From: Epithemia pelagica
Taxonomy: Eukaryota; Protista; Bacillariophyta
Direction of reading: 5' to 3'
Length of the DNA stretch: 64,000 bases
Assembly (NCBI GenBank): GCA_946965045.2
Contig: OX337235.1
Span: 2,294,001-2,358,000, forward strand
In this document: one piece after another, positions 44,601 to 54,142 of the stretch
Position numbering within the stretch: position 1 is the stretch's first letter
Layout of the letters: each line of letters begins with the position of its first letter
Translations under genes and position numbers: made by a program
The notes under the pieces: generated by a model
What the model was told of the DNA's origin: nothing
Databases searched by the model: none
The model's input: the letters and a program-made list of their open reading frames with translations, nothing else

Positions 44601-45660
44601 ACAGAGTGCATATGATGAATGCCTCTTTTACCACGGAAAGTGCGTGTACATTTTGTACACTGATGACTCTCTCTTGATGGGCCCAGACCAAGACGAGCTA
44701 AACAGGTTGATTGTCACAATGGAAGAAAGTGGATTGAAGATGACATACGAGGACGGAGTAAATGACTTTCTCGGAGTCAACGTCGAAAAGAAAGACGATG
44801 GGACCATCCATTTGACCCAACCACATTTGATCGACTCGATCCTCCACGACCTTCACTTGACCGACGAAACAACCAAGACAAAAGACACACCGGCACCCAC
44901 AACGGTACGACTAAGACAAGATCAGGACGGGAAGCCTTTTGACGGGCACTTCCATTATCGAGCCGCAATAGGAAAACTGAATTTTCTGGAAAAGAGCACT
45001 CGGCCAGATATCAGTTTCGCCGTTCACCAATGTGCAAGATTTTGTGAGAGTCCACGAGCAATACATGGCAGAGCAGTAAAACACATTGCACGTTACCTGG
45101 CTGCCACAAAGAAGAAGGGGATCATCCTCAACCCAGACGAGACACAGTCATTCCAAGTCTTCGCAGACGCCGACTTCGCAGGCAATTTCAATAGGCTGGA
45201 CCACCCGAATCGGGACATGGCACGATCAAGAACAGGGTTTGCAGTCTTCTATGCAGGTTGTCCTATCCTGTGGCAATCCAAATTGCAGTCAGAGATCGCA
45301 TTATCAACAACCGAAGCCGAGATTATAAGCCTCTCACATGCATTACGTACCGTGATCCCATTGATGTCCATCACTCGAGAGATGAAGGAATTGGGTTTCC
45401 CAGTACTATCCACAACGCCACAAGTCCACTGCAAGGCATTCGAAGATAACAGTGGCGCTATGGAATTAGCAACTGTACACAAGTATCGCCCTCGAACACG
45501 ATATCTCTGCACCAAGTTGTTCCACTTCAAATCTTTTGTGGAACGAAAGGAAATCGAGATCCTCCCATGCGCGACAGACGACCAGACGGCAGATATCTTC
45601 ACAAAATCTCTTAGCACAACGCCCTTCGAGAAACACCGCAAGAAACTTCAAGGATGGTAG
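41605..45660 (+). CDS. pol: Pol of element B, in frame with gag
   Basis: 41671-40351 = 1320, a multiple of 3; no stop between 41605 and 45657; all catalytic motifs present. Confidence 0.92.
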   Translation, partial: QPNPGWLPGLLQDIKQLIYTVLVTIVLSGYTILCFELWSPRRTTIDYWLKTASNACDQMATTMATAIKTKKKRRLDHGKLRRRRKMTGLLRALCMATILTSTTGFVSNRAAHDVGFDTDSRKVLIDNCATASITNDINDCCTKPVKIKRRVKGVAGTFHPDIYETTIRWDIEDDDGKIHTITLPRSFYIPSTPTRLLSPQHWAQTAKDNKPVPRGTRCTTYGNSIELVWGQGHFKRTVPLNKKGSNVGEFTTAPGFTRYETFCKKAGTTIEQEDNKPLLAHNANLIEDDDESIMERSPATVGEDESTDDESIFQNDNLDDEENEKYFPSRDVPMTTEFLIGPHETVHVIPNEEERLPESPTLELLRTHHRMGHLSMAKIQSMARQDILPKRLANCKIPVCTACMYGKATRRPWRIKGHRGTLDVMTSPGQCVSVDQMISKTPGYIAHLRGTPTRDRYKVATIFVDHYSGIGYVHLQRTTSAKDTIEAKDRFEAWADTHGVAIRHYHADNGIFADNKFREAIQAKGQRLTFSGVNAHFQSGMAERRIRDLQESARTMLIHAQRRWPSTITTNLWPYAIRYANDMFNEAPMKKQKDKTPMELFTGSTVRFNTRLAHTFGCPAYVLDNDLQSGTPIPKWSERARVGIFLGYSPQHSRTIGLILSLSSGLTSPQFHVQYDDAFETLRASFGETPPVSQWQYKAGFTKRAPRMRETASAPQLGSTATSPRRTRIANDVPHDNDVSHNEEPSSDTMHPTLDEGETLPQHEGARRSQRTTRRTQRYQDYLTSLQDENDAIAELAITARPAITVKTAQANSNPDVMYWHEAMKQKDREEFIKAAQKEVQDHSDNGLWEVVKRKDIPKGALISRGVWSCVRKRRLKTREVYKWKSRLAYDRSMQEKGVNYWETYAPVIQWPVVRFVLTMALTQGWHIKQVDYVLAYTQAVAETDMYMEAPRSFTFDTKGNQRAEDYVLKIKQNYYGQKQGARVWNQHLVKRLKDVGFQQSAYDECLFYHGKCVYILYTDDSLLMGPDQDELNRLIVTMEESGLKMTYEDGVNDFLGVNVEKKDDGTIHLTQPHLIDSILHDLHLTDETTKTKDTPAPTTVRLRQDQDGKPFDGHFHYRAAIGKLNFLEKSTRPDISFAVHQCARFCESPRAIHGRAVKHIARYLAATKKKGIILNPDETQSFQVFADADFAGNFNRLDHPNRDMARSRTGFAVFYAGCPILWQSKLQSEIALSTTEAEIISLSHALRTVIPLMSITREMKELGFPVLSTTPQVHCKAFEDNSGAMELATVHKYRPRTRYLCTKLFHFKSFVERKEIEILPCATDDQTADIFTKSLSTTPFEKHRKKLQGW

Positions 45661-45687
45661 CATCATCTTTCCCCGTCCGTGAGGGAG

Positions 45688-46160
45688 TGTTCAAAAGATC
45701 TACGTAATCGTCCGGGAATGGACCCGGGACTCCCATTCGGAAGTAGGAGATCGGCCGAAGAAAAGATGAGCATCATTCATCTTGAGAATTTGTCCCTCAT
45801 AGGACAAGAACGACGGGCATCCAAACAAGATGCTCACGAACGATACAACAAAGACAACGCGTCATCGTCATGAGCGTTTAGAAATGACAAACCGGCACAA
45901 TCCAACTGATACAGGCCAAAAGAATAACTGGCATTGCCTAAAAGGAACAACGGCCAAGAACGGGCAGGAGACACCCATTTAGGAAAACAAGATCGATGGA
46001 CGATTGAGCTATCGCCCAACCATCGACTCAACGCATCAAAAGGAAAGACCTCAACGCCTTAGGCTACAACACGCTAGATTAACCAAATAAACTCACAACT
46101 TAACTTCGTTTACACGGGTTGAGCTCTTTCTCTTTTACCTACGGTAGGGAGAAAACAACA
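45688..46160 (+). repeat. 3' LTR of element B
   Basis: Preceded by the PPT-like GAGGGAG. Confidence 0.96.
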
Positions 46161-47576
46161 GCCGTTCGATTCATGTTGGCTGGCTTGTTGCTACCGTCAT
46201 GCTTCTTTCGATATGGACCTGCTTGGAGTCAATGCTGATCAGTCCCATTGATCAAACTCTTCTCTTTGACAACCACCAAATTGATAAGCTCCATGAAGGG
46301 ATGGTCATCGATTCTTCCACCAATTCAAGTACTGTGTCATTACCTACAGCTCGAACTCTGGGCGTACAGGTTAGTCACATATGTAGAAATCTATCCAATG
46401 TTCGTCGAACTGGAAGCTTTTTCTACGACCACAATCTCCCTTACTGGTCAAGTCCCGTCTCTGTCGAGCCAAGACTTCATCTAAGCGCGCGAAGGTCGGA
46501 CCCCAATCTCCACAGACGTCTCCAAAGAGCCAATCTTGCCTTATTCCGTCAGCACTATGAGAAACACCGCCATCCTGATGGTGGTATAATCTTTGATATT
46601 GGAGCCAATCGGGGGATATATACATACTACGCAGCAACTCTGGGATGGGAGGTACATGCATTTGAAATTCAAGAACCAGTTTTCAAGCAACTTTCCCATG
46701 CTACACTGTTCAATCCAAAGGCTGTTTCGGATCGGGTTCACTTATATCCTATTGGAATATCAAGGACGATCTCTCGATCTGATCACGCAGCCACCGACGG
46801 TCTCGGATACCTCAATACAGCAAAGCATGCAGAGATAGAACTAGAGATGACACCAAGAGCGTCATCCAACAAAAAATCTATGGAAGAATCCGAAGTCGCA
46901 ATGTTTGAGGATTCTGGGTTGGGGAACGGGCCCACTTTGGTCATGCCTATGGACTGTCTGCTTTGGCATGTACCCGTTGATCTGGATAGAGTGGATTTGG
47001 TCAAGATTGATATTGAGGGTTTCGAAATTGCAGCTTTAAAAGGAGCGAAGCAGACATTATTTCGCAAACCACGTAGTGTCGGAGCTTTGCTGATAGAGGT
47101 TGGACCTATCCGGTGGGACCGTGCTGGAACGTCCCTTTCGGAGGGCATCTCCGAGCTGAGATCTTTGTTTCACATGTTTGCATATTCCCACGTTCTCTTG
47201 AGGAACTTTTCAGGTTGTCCTTACACGCTAGCCGAAAAACTTGTCCCCCGAAACGACAGCAGTCACACAAAATTCCAACTTGTAGCACAAGAGAGAATGT
47301 ATCGACTACAAAAAGACAATTGGCAACCTCTATTAGAGGAGCTGGATCGTACAAAAGCTGATTGCAATTTCTGGTACTCCAACCACCCATACGACGGCCA
47401 GCGAAGAGTACGTTGAAATTGAAAGTAGCAAGATACAAGAACGGTAGTTCGAAGTAGTGGAGACATATTTCATCATCATAGATGAGCGTGTTGAGAGCGG
47501 AATGCAGCGACTACAAAGCTTTCTCATCATACGAGCGTAATTGCGCGGAAGTGACCGAACGATGAGAAATCCCAGT

Positions 47577-47908
47577 ACTGTGCCCCTTTGGCCTCAGTTG
47601 GAATACAATATCATCAATGAGAACGGCGAGTAGTCAATTCTTACGTCTTCCTTTTCCCTTTCCAGTTGCTTTGGCCTGATGTGCAATACGGGAGTAGTTT
47701 GTAGTTTGGAATTTGTGTCGGCACTCGACATTATTTTTTTTGTTTCAGATTGCTCGCTTTGTCCTATTGCCTCTTTATTAGTGCCCCCACCCATTATTTT
47801 AATATTATTTATGCCTATGAAGATTTTGATTTTTGGAAAATGTGTTGGGTGGCCCCCAATCAATGTTTGTAAGCTTCCAGGACTTGAAACCAAAATCTTT
47901 CGCACAGT
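47577..47908. mobile_element. Possible MITE or DNA-transposon remnant
   Basis: AT-rich 332 bp bounded by ACTGTGC/GCACAGT and flanked by CAGT on both sides; the TIR is short. Confidence 0.3.
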
Positions 47909-48174
47909 CAGTCAAAAATACTCCCGAGCAAACTAATTTGTGTCGCTGGAAGATGACTATTTAAAAATTACTATCGATCAACGAGTTCAAAACACTTATA
48001 ACCGCTTGGAGGTATAATTGAAATTATTGGGCACCACCAACGCCGGCGTTTCCTGGTTTTCATCAAAACCTCGAGACACCTCACAAAGAGAGAAAGTCGG
48101 ATCAAGACCTGACAACAGATCTAAAATTGCTGTGCGCAACTCTGACAAGTCTCTCAGAAAGCCACAATTTTGCC

Positions 48175-48729
48175 ATGGGTGACCAGATTCCGTTTAGGAT
48201 GCGTCGATTCACGGGGTTGACGATCGAGATCCCTGCACCGAACTACCGCCTTTTCGACGAGGATGAAACCTCGTCCATGCTATCAGATATCACTGCTGAC
48301 GAAGGCCAAGACACACCTGGATGGGAAGACCATGATGATGATGATGAGTGTGGACAAAACGATGAAATAAATTACACTTTCCAAACGAATCCATTGATTG
48401 ACGAAGGAATCAGCAATCCATATTGTGAGTCACCAATACGTGCGACTCCGCCTCCTTCGTCCAAACCATCATTCCACAAAGGATGGTCGGATGCACGTTC
48501 TCGTACCTGGGAACGACTGAGCGTCGAGTGGGAGACACTTCGACGGAAACCGTCATCCTATGCGTCGTTCCTGGCGACACGGGTCAGCGAACGAAAAAGA
48601 ACTAGTCGACTCCTACAAGTCAGGCGTGGACGACTTTTTCAGTCTCATGATCCAACTGCTGGAATAGATGATCGCGGTCAGGCTTGGGAAGAGTTGGTTT
48701 CGCAGTGGTCCTCACTCCGGGTTTCGTAG
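48175..48729 (+). CDS. Hypothetical protein
   Basis: 184-aa ORF from MGDQIPF with an acidic middle; no recognisable domain. Confidence 0.5.
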   Translation: MGDQIPFRMRRFTGLTIEIPAPNYRLFDEDETSSMLSDITADEGQDTPGWEDHDDDDECGQNDEINYTFQTNPLIDEGISNPYCESPIRATPPPSSKPSFHKGWSDARSRTWERLSVEWETLRRKPSSYASFLATRVSERKRTSRLLQVRRGRLFQSHDPTAGIDDRGQAWEELVSQWSSLRVS

Positions 48730-49329
48730 TCCCTCCTCTTGGTGTTGTACAACAGTCGTCGAACAGGTGTAGAATTCATCACACCAAATCCTCAACTACA
48801 GACCATTCTTTCGTCTCGGGGAAAATGTGACTCTTGCTTCGTTATGTTTCTCATGGTTTTGTACTTTACAAAAGTTACCAAGAAACATTACAATGTACAA
48901 GTCGGTTTCTGTAGAAGCGACTCTACAAGTACATATGAGGGAAGAATCTGTAAAGTAGTTTGCTGTTCTCGAAAGCTCACCAGTTTGATTGCATTTCGCA
49001 ATGGTCACAAGTTTGACAATCCTTTTGATTGTCCAAAGGATGGCAACGGCCCCTCCATGCGCGTGTTTTGATCTGGTCTGCTCTCCACAGGAAACTAGGA
49101 AGCGCATAGATTGCTCCTCCTTGGTTTTAGTTGAAAGGCGTGGACAGTTCGTGTGTTGTCTACCTAGAGTAAAATTGTTAAACTAGACTCTTGCGTTCTT
49201 CTTGGTGGTCTTTGTCGCTAGAGTAGGTAGTTGGTATTTGGTATAGTTATTCGATCCTTTGATTCACCTTGCTTTGGATATAGATTTGTCCATTTTTTCT
49301 GACTCACAAAGAGAGAGAGAGAAAAGACC

Positions 49330-51702
49330 ATGGTCAACAACCGGACGTCACCGGTTGTCGTCCGTACGATTCATTCATGGACGGTATTGGCAGTTTGGTT
49401 CAGGATGATCCTCCTTCTCCTTGTCGGTGGAATAGTACAAGAAGCGTCCTTACGTGTGGCGTGGGGCTTTTCTGTTTCGTCGACAACGACTGCGATCCAC
49501 AACAGGAGGAGGAGGCCACACTGCCCCCACCACAACAACAACGACGACTACCACATGAGGAGACCAATGGTCCTTGTCGGCAAGAATCCTTGGTTGGACC
49601 GACAAGGGTCATCCTTGCTCTTCTCAGCCACGGACGACGCCACCAACCAGAGCATCCATGACGATGACGACATCAACCACAAGGACGACGACGAAACTGT
49701 CGTAGTGGATGTGGCGATTGTCGGAGCTGGATTGGGTGGTTTGTGTGCCGGTGCCATTTTGAATACCTTGTATGGAAAACGAGTGGGTATTTACGAATCC
49801 CATTACTTGGCCGGTGGGTGTGCCCATGCCTTTGATCGAACGATGCGTGACGGCCGAACGGTTTGTTTGGATTCGGGTCCCACCATTTTGTTGGGCTGTT
49901 CGACTCAACAAAATCCTCTCCAACAAGTCTTGAACGCGGTCGGACAAGAGGTTTCCTGGATTCCCTATTATGCCTGGGGCATGATTGAACCCCCTCCACC
50001 ATCCACCACCACATCACAATCTTCCTCACAACCACAACCACCACAACTAGAAGCATTGCGATGGAAGATGGAATTGGGTCCCACACAATTTCAACAAGGT
50101 CCCCTGCGACGATTTGGTGGACCGCAGGCCGAACTGGAATACCAACAATTGCGTCAACTCACCCGTCCCCTGGTGGCGGGGGCCGCCATTCCAGCCCTGG
50201 CCATGCGCAGTGGTCCCACAGCGGTGATTCCCCTCCTGGTACGACACTTTGGCACCCTGGTGGAATTGATTCAATTGGGTGCCGAATCCACGACCGGTAC
50301 CTTTGCACCCTACATGGATGGCCCCCTCTTTACCGTCACGGACCCGTGGCTGCGGAATTGGCTCGATGCCTTGGCCTTTAGTTTGTCTGGATTGCCCGCC
50401 TCACGAACGGCCGCGGCCGCCATGGCCTTTACCTTGATGGATCTCCATCAACCACAAAATGATGACAATGACGACGACGGCGGCGGTGGGGCCTGTTTGG
50501 ATTATCCCGTGGGTGGATTGGGTTCCATTGTCAATGCCTTGGTCCGTGGCGTGGAACAGGGATCGCAGGGATCCAAGGTTCATTTGCGTCGTCCAGTCCA
50601 ACAGATTGACTTTTCCGAATCGGGAGACCGTGCCACGGGTCTCACATTGGTCAATGGACAACGGATTGTCGCCAAGGAGGGGGTCATTTGCAATGCCCCC
50701 GTCTGGTCCTTTTGCGGGTTGGTCCAACATCATGGTCCGGCCCTCCAACGATTGGCACAAAATGCCGATCTGTCTTCCAAGGCGTTGGCGGAGAATGACA
50801 ACAAGACGTCCCGCCGTCGTCGTAGTTCCTGGATCCAGGTCCCACCGTCGTCGAACAAGAACAACAACAATGCAAAGAAGGACCGGGATCCCTTTGCCAC
50901 CCTTCGTTGGAAACGACCCTCGGAATGGGACGACGATTCCCAGAAAGGATCCGTCCAAAAGAATTTGATGGATCAGTGTGACTTGGCCGAACAAACGGGC
51001 TCCTTTTTGCATTTGCATTTGGCCTTGAATGCCACTGGATTGGACCTGACACAGTTGGAAGCCCATTATACCGTCATGGATCGAGGATTGAGTGGAACGG
51101 CCTCGTGGGACGGAACCCACAGCAACGACGACAACAACAGGAACAACGCTGTGGATGGCCCCTGTGGAGAATTGAACATGATTGCGGTATCCAATCCCTG
51201 CGTCCTGGATCCCACCTTGGCTCCCGAGGGGACCATTGTGGTGCATGCCTACGGCGCAGGCAATGAACCCTATGAATTGTGGGAGTGTCTGGATCGCAAG
51301 TCGCAGCAGTATCAAGACATGAAACAAAAACGCGCTCAAGTCTTGTGGCGGGCCGTCGAATCCATTATTCCGACGGCCCGAGACCGCGTCTTGTTGGAAT
51401 TGATTGGATCGCCCTTGACGCACGAACGATTTTTGCGTCGGCCACAAGGAACCTATGGAAGCGCCACAGAAGATTACTTGAAAGATGGCGCGACGCCCAT
51501 TGCCAATCTCGTCTTGGCGGGCGATGGAGTCTTTCCAGGCATTGGCCTACCGGCCGTGGCCATTAGTGGAGCCAGTGCGGCCAACAGTTTGGTGAATCCC
51601 TGGCAACACTTGCAATGTTTGCAACGTTTGGATCAACAACAACAACAAGTGGAGCAACACCGAAAAACCAAACAAGAACAACAAGCCAGAAACAGTAGAT
51701 AG
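49330..51702 (+). CDS. CRTISO/phytoene-desaturase-like FAD oxidoreductase, probably plastid-targeted
   Basis: VAIVGAGLGG..YESHYLAGGCAH, DSGP, YPVGG, SFLHLHL, PLTHERFLRR and GDGVFPGIG; signal peptide with AWG-F cleavage-like site (start 49330 or 49405). Confidence 0.88.
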   Translation: MVNNRTSPVVVRTIHSWTVLAVWFRMILLLLVGGIVQEASLRVAWGFSVSSTTTAIHNRRRRPHCPHHNNNDDYHMRRPMVLVGKNPWLDRQGSSLLFSATDDATNQSIHDDDDINHKDDDETVVVDVAIVGAGLGGLCAGAILNTLYGKRVGIYESHYLAGGCAHAFDRTMRDGRTVCLDSGPTILLGCSTQQNPLQQVLNAVGQEVSWIPYYAWGMIEPPPPSTTTSQSSSQPQPPQLEALRWKMELGPTQFQQGPLRRFGGPQAELEYQQLRQLTRPLVAGAAIPALAMRSGPTAVIPLLVRHFGTLVELIQLGAESTTGTFAPYMDGPLFTVTDPWLRNWLDALAFSLSGLPASRTAAAAMAFTLMDLHQPQNDDNDDDGGGGACLDYPVGGLGSIVNALVRGVEQGSQGSKVHLRRPVQQIDFSESGDRATGLTLVNGQRIVAKEGVICNAPVWSFCGLVQHHGPALQRLAQNADLSSKALAENDNKTSRRRRSSWIQVPPSSNKNNNNAKKDRDPFATLRWKRPSEWDDDSQKGSVQKNLMDQCDLAEQTGSFLHLHLALNATGLDLTQLEAHYTVMDRGLSGTASWDGTHSNDDNNRNNAVDGPCGELNMIAVSNPCVLDPTLAPEGTIVVHAYGAGNEPYELWECLDRKSQQYQDMKQKRAQVLWRAVESIIPTARDRVLLELIGSPLTHERFLRRPQGTYGSATEDYLKDGATPIANLVLAGDGVFPGIGLPAVAISGASAANSLVNPWQHLQCLQRLDQQQQQVEQHRKTKQEQQARNSR

Positions 51703-51939
51703 CAGTTCCCTGTGAACCTAAATCCCTCAAGTTTCCAGTAGTGTGGTGCGAGACTGTGCATTCGAACTCACAATCTCAACACAGACTACAACACGAGTTT
51801 GTAACGTACAAAAAATCATTGTGAACTAATCGTTTCGAATGGTTGTAGCAAATCTAACCTTTTGTGGTGGAGGAGCGGCGTTCCAATGATTGATTAGGCC
51901 ATCTATCGCGGACCAGCACATTCTAGGAATGGTGTGTTG

Positions 51940-53313
51940 TTATTGTGGATGATGATGATAGTGTTGCAAGAGTGCTTGTTTGGCAGTTTCGTAGGTCGTC
52001 CACGAAATGGCCACAGCCGGTGTGTGGGACAAGACCCGAGGCCAAAAGCCTCGACAAAATCCTCTCCATCCTTCAGTTTGATAAATAAACTTGGTCGCTT
52101 GTTGCCAATTGACATGTTTCAATACCCGTCCCCGACGGGTCGGACAGGCCGGATTGACGAGACAGGCCGGGGCCATGGTTTGGGTTTGCAAGGCCGTCTT
52201 GATCCGATCCAAGGGTGTCGTGACGGCCGACGCCGTAAAGCCGGCCACCGAACTGGCCATCAAGACGGTTTGCCACGATGTAGATCGCGTCAAGGCCCAC
52301 TCTAAATTCGATTTGTTGTTGTGATTGTTGTCATGGTGAAACTGACTCCTCTGCGACATCCACGACAAAAACACCAACGGTATCGTTTGTTTGCATGTTT
52401 CATGAGTCGTGACCATGACCATGCCGTAGGGAAGATTGGACACCAGAGTAATGGGGAAACTTCGATAGAGTGCGGCAAAGCCTTCTCGACGTACAATTTC
52501 CCGAATGGCCGTATAGGCCGAACTGTAATGACCCAATTGCATGCGTTGTTTAATGGTATCCAGTGGTGTCATGACCATATCATGACTCATGACAGCGGCA
52601 GCCCCTGCCAAGGACGACCCCCACCATGTTGTTGTTGTTGTAGTGGCTGTGTGGTTGGTCGGTGTGCCCGTGTTTTCGGTGGAGGAGAGTACCGGGGTGG
52701 TGGCACAGGCTGCCTTGACCATTTCATAGGACGAAAAGTACAAGGCATGGGCTGGAATGCAACCAATCAAAATGGCTTGGACGCCTCTCCACAAACGAGT
52801 CCAACCAGCCACTTCGGCCAACACAGTATTTGTTTTGCTGGTACTCGCCGCGGAAGCATCCAAGGCAGACCTTGTGGCCACGCCTCCCAGAGCTACGGGT
52901 TCATTCACTAAAAATCGCATGGTTTGCCAAAACCCCGTCGGCAGTGTATGAGTCGGATGTTGTGCGGCCGTTGTGGCCGTGACCAATCCTCGTAACGAGG
53001 GATGATGAGACGCCGAAGCAGCAGCGCTTGATGGTGTTGTTGTAAAGACTGAGGAAGAAGAGGATGTGGCCGCCGCCGCTGTGGCTTGTCCTCGATGGAC
53101 ACAAGAGGCACACACTTGAATGTGAGTCCGAACCGTGTCCAACGGATAGACCGCCGTATGTTCCACCACACCGGCAAGACTACCAGCCACGCAATGAATC
53201 CAAAAGGGAGACTTGCCATCCCATTCTTCCCAATCTTCTTCGACTTCGTCAATGTTGTTTTGTTGTGGTTGCCCTTCCTCCACCACCACAATGTCGTGCG
53301 GCGCAGAATTCAT
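51940..53313 (-). CDS. Mitochondrial iron carrier (mitoferrin, MRS3/4-like)
   Basis: AGSLAGVVEHTAVYPLDTVRT, GCIPAHALYFSSYE, HDMVMTPLDTIKQRMQL and TTPLDRIKT. Confidence 0.88.
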   Translation of the reverse strand: MNSAPHDIVVVEEGQPQQNNIDEVEEDWEEWDGKSPFWIHCVAGSLAGVVEHTAVYPLDTVRTHIQVCASCVHRGQATAAAATSSSSSVFTTTPSSAAASASHHPSLRGLVTATTAAQHPTHTLPTGFWQTMRFLVNEPVALGGVATRSALDASAASTSKTNTVLAEVAGWTRLWRGVQAILIGCIPAHALYFSSYEMVKAACATTPVLSSTENTGTPTNHTATTTTTTWWGSSLAGAAAVMSHDMVMTPLDTIKQRMQLGHYSSAYTAIREIVRREGFAALYRSFPITLVSNLPYGMVMVTTHETCKQTIPLVFLSWMSQRSQFHHDNNHNNKSNLEWALTRSTSWQTVLMASSVAGFTASAVTTPLDRIKTALQTQTMAPACLVNPACPTRRGRVLKHVNWQQATKFIYQTEGWRGFCRGFWPRVLSHTPAVAISWTTYETAKQALLQHYHHHPQ

Positions 53314-54142
53314 GGCTCTGAATCCCTCTCAATGCAATGCTCGAAATAGAAATATACACCTGTGTAACTTGCGAATTGTGATCGGAGCAGCACCGCAAGC
53401 TCACAAAGAAACACAAAACGGGGGCTTGCTGGCTTATGGGCTTTGGATGGATTTGCAATTTCGCGCCGTGTGTCAAGACAACAAGGAATGAATGAGTGGC
53501 CAATCAATAGATGATATGATAGGAACAAGCCAAACACGTTTGTCTCTCAGGAACCGCCAAGATAGGAACTTGTGTGTGTACTTTTCAAAGAACTCTGGGC
53601 CCTGTTTTCCAATCCCAACCAGCCAACAACTACACAATGGGATTGTCACAGGAAGGAGAGGGGCGAACCTCCAAAAAGTACGATGCTCGAACAACGAACC
53701 ACCATTCGATCAATCACATGGACGAGAACTGCTGCTTCTATCGCGTCTGTCCTGTATACGACAATGACGTCATGTATCCTTGCGCGCACGCCTGCCGCGC
53801 CGAGAGAACGAGTTCAGTCGCCTCAAAACGCACGGCGAGACGAACATTGGGGAACGCACACGATCTGTGCGACTGCTTCTCACAACCCCGAAATCCGAAC
53901 TCAACAGGGCTAATGAACACACAAGATCATGCCACTCTGCGAACTGCAAGGAGCTATCTTTGGATGGAATATGGAATGTTCCGGAACTGTTCCAACACCT
54001 TCATCCATTCGGAACACCCATTACACCATGCGCATGTTCCATCGCATAAAAACAACATAATATCCTACGTTTCACTGACTGCGAACAACAACAAAGCCTG
54101 CAATCAATACAATAGTCTGTCGACTCCTCACAAGTACCCATC

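Larger units (their letters stand above)
39828..46160 (+). mobile_element. Intact Ty1/Copia LTR retrotransposon B, 6-bp TSD GCCGTT
   Basis: 473-bp TG...CA LTRs with no difference found by eye; TSD at 39822-39827 and 46161-46166; gag then PR(IDNCA)-INT(HHCC, DDE)-RT(YTDD)-RNaseH. Confidence 0.97.
39791..47416 (+). pseudogene. FkbM-family methyltransferase gene disrupted by Copia element B after codon 12
   Basis: Removing 39828-46166 gives a 428-aa ORF MKLRRQQDRESRSIHVGWLVATVMLLSIW...; FkbM motifs IFDIGANRG and LVKIDIEGFE. The residual ORF 46199-47416 is intact. Confidence 0.88.

Noticed and set aside
26358-46160. CRISPR array, prophage or bacterial contig suggested by the cob, met, gpsA and yidD genes
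   Set aside because: There is no repeat-spacer array; spliceosomal introns, targeting peptides and LTR/LINE elements show eukaryotic nuclear DNA.
50401-51447. Long antisense ORFs (also 54149-55045 and 52321-52911)
   Set aside because: Shadow frames of GC-rich genes, without motifs.
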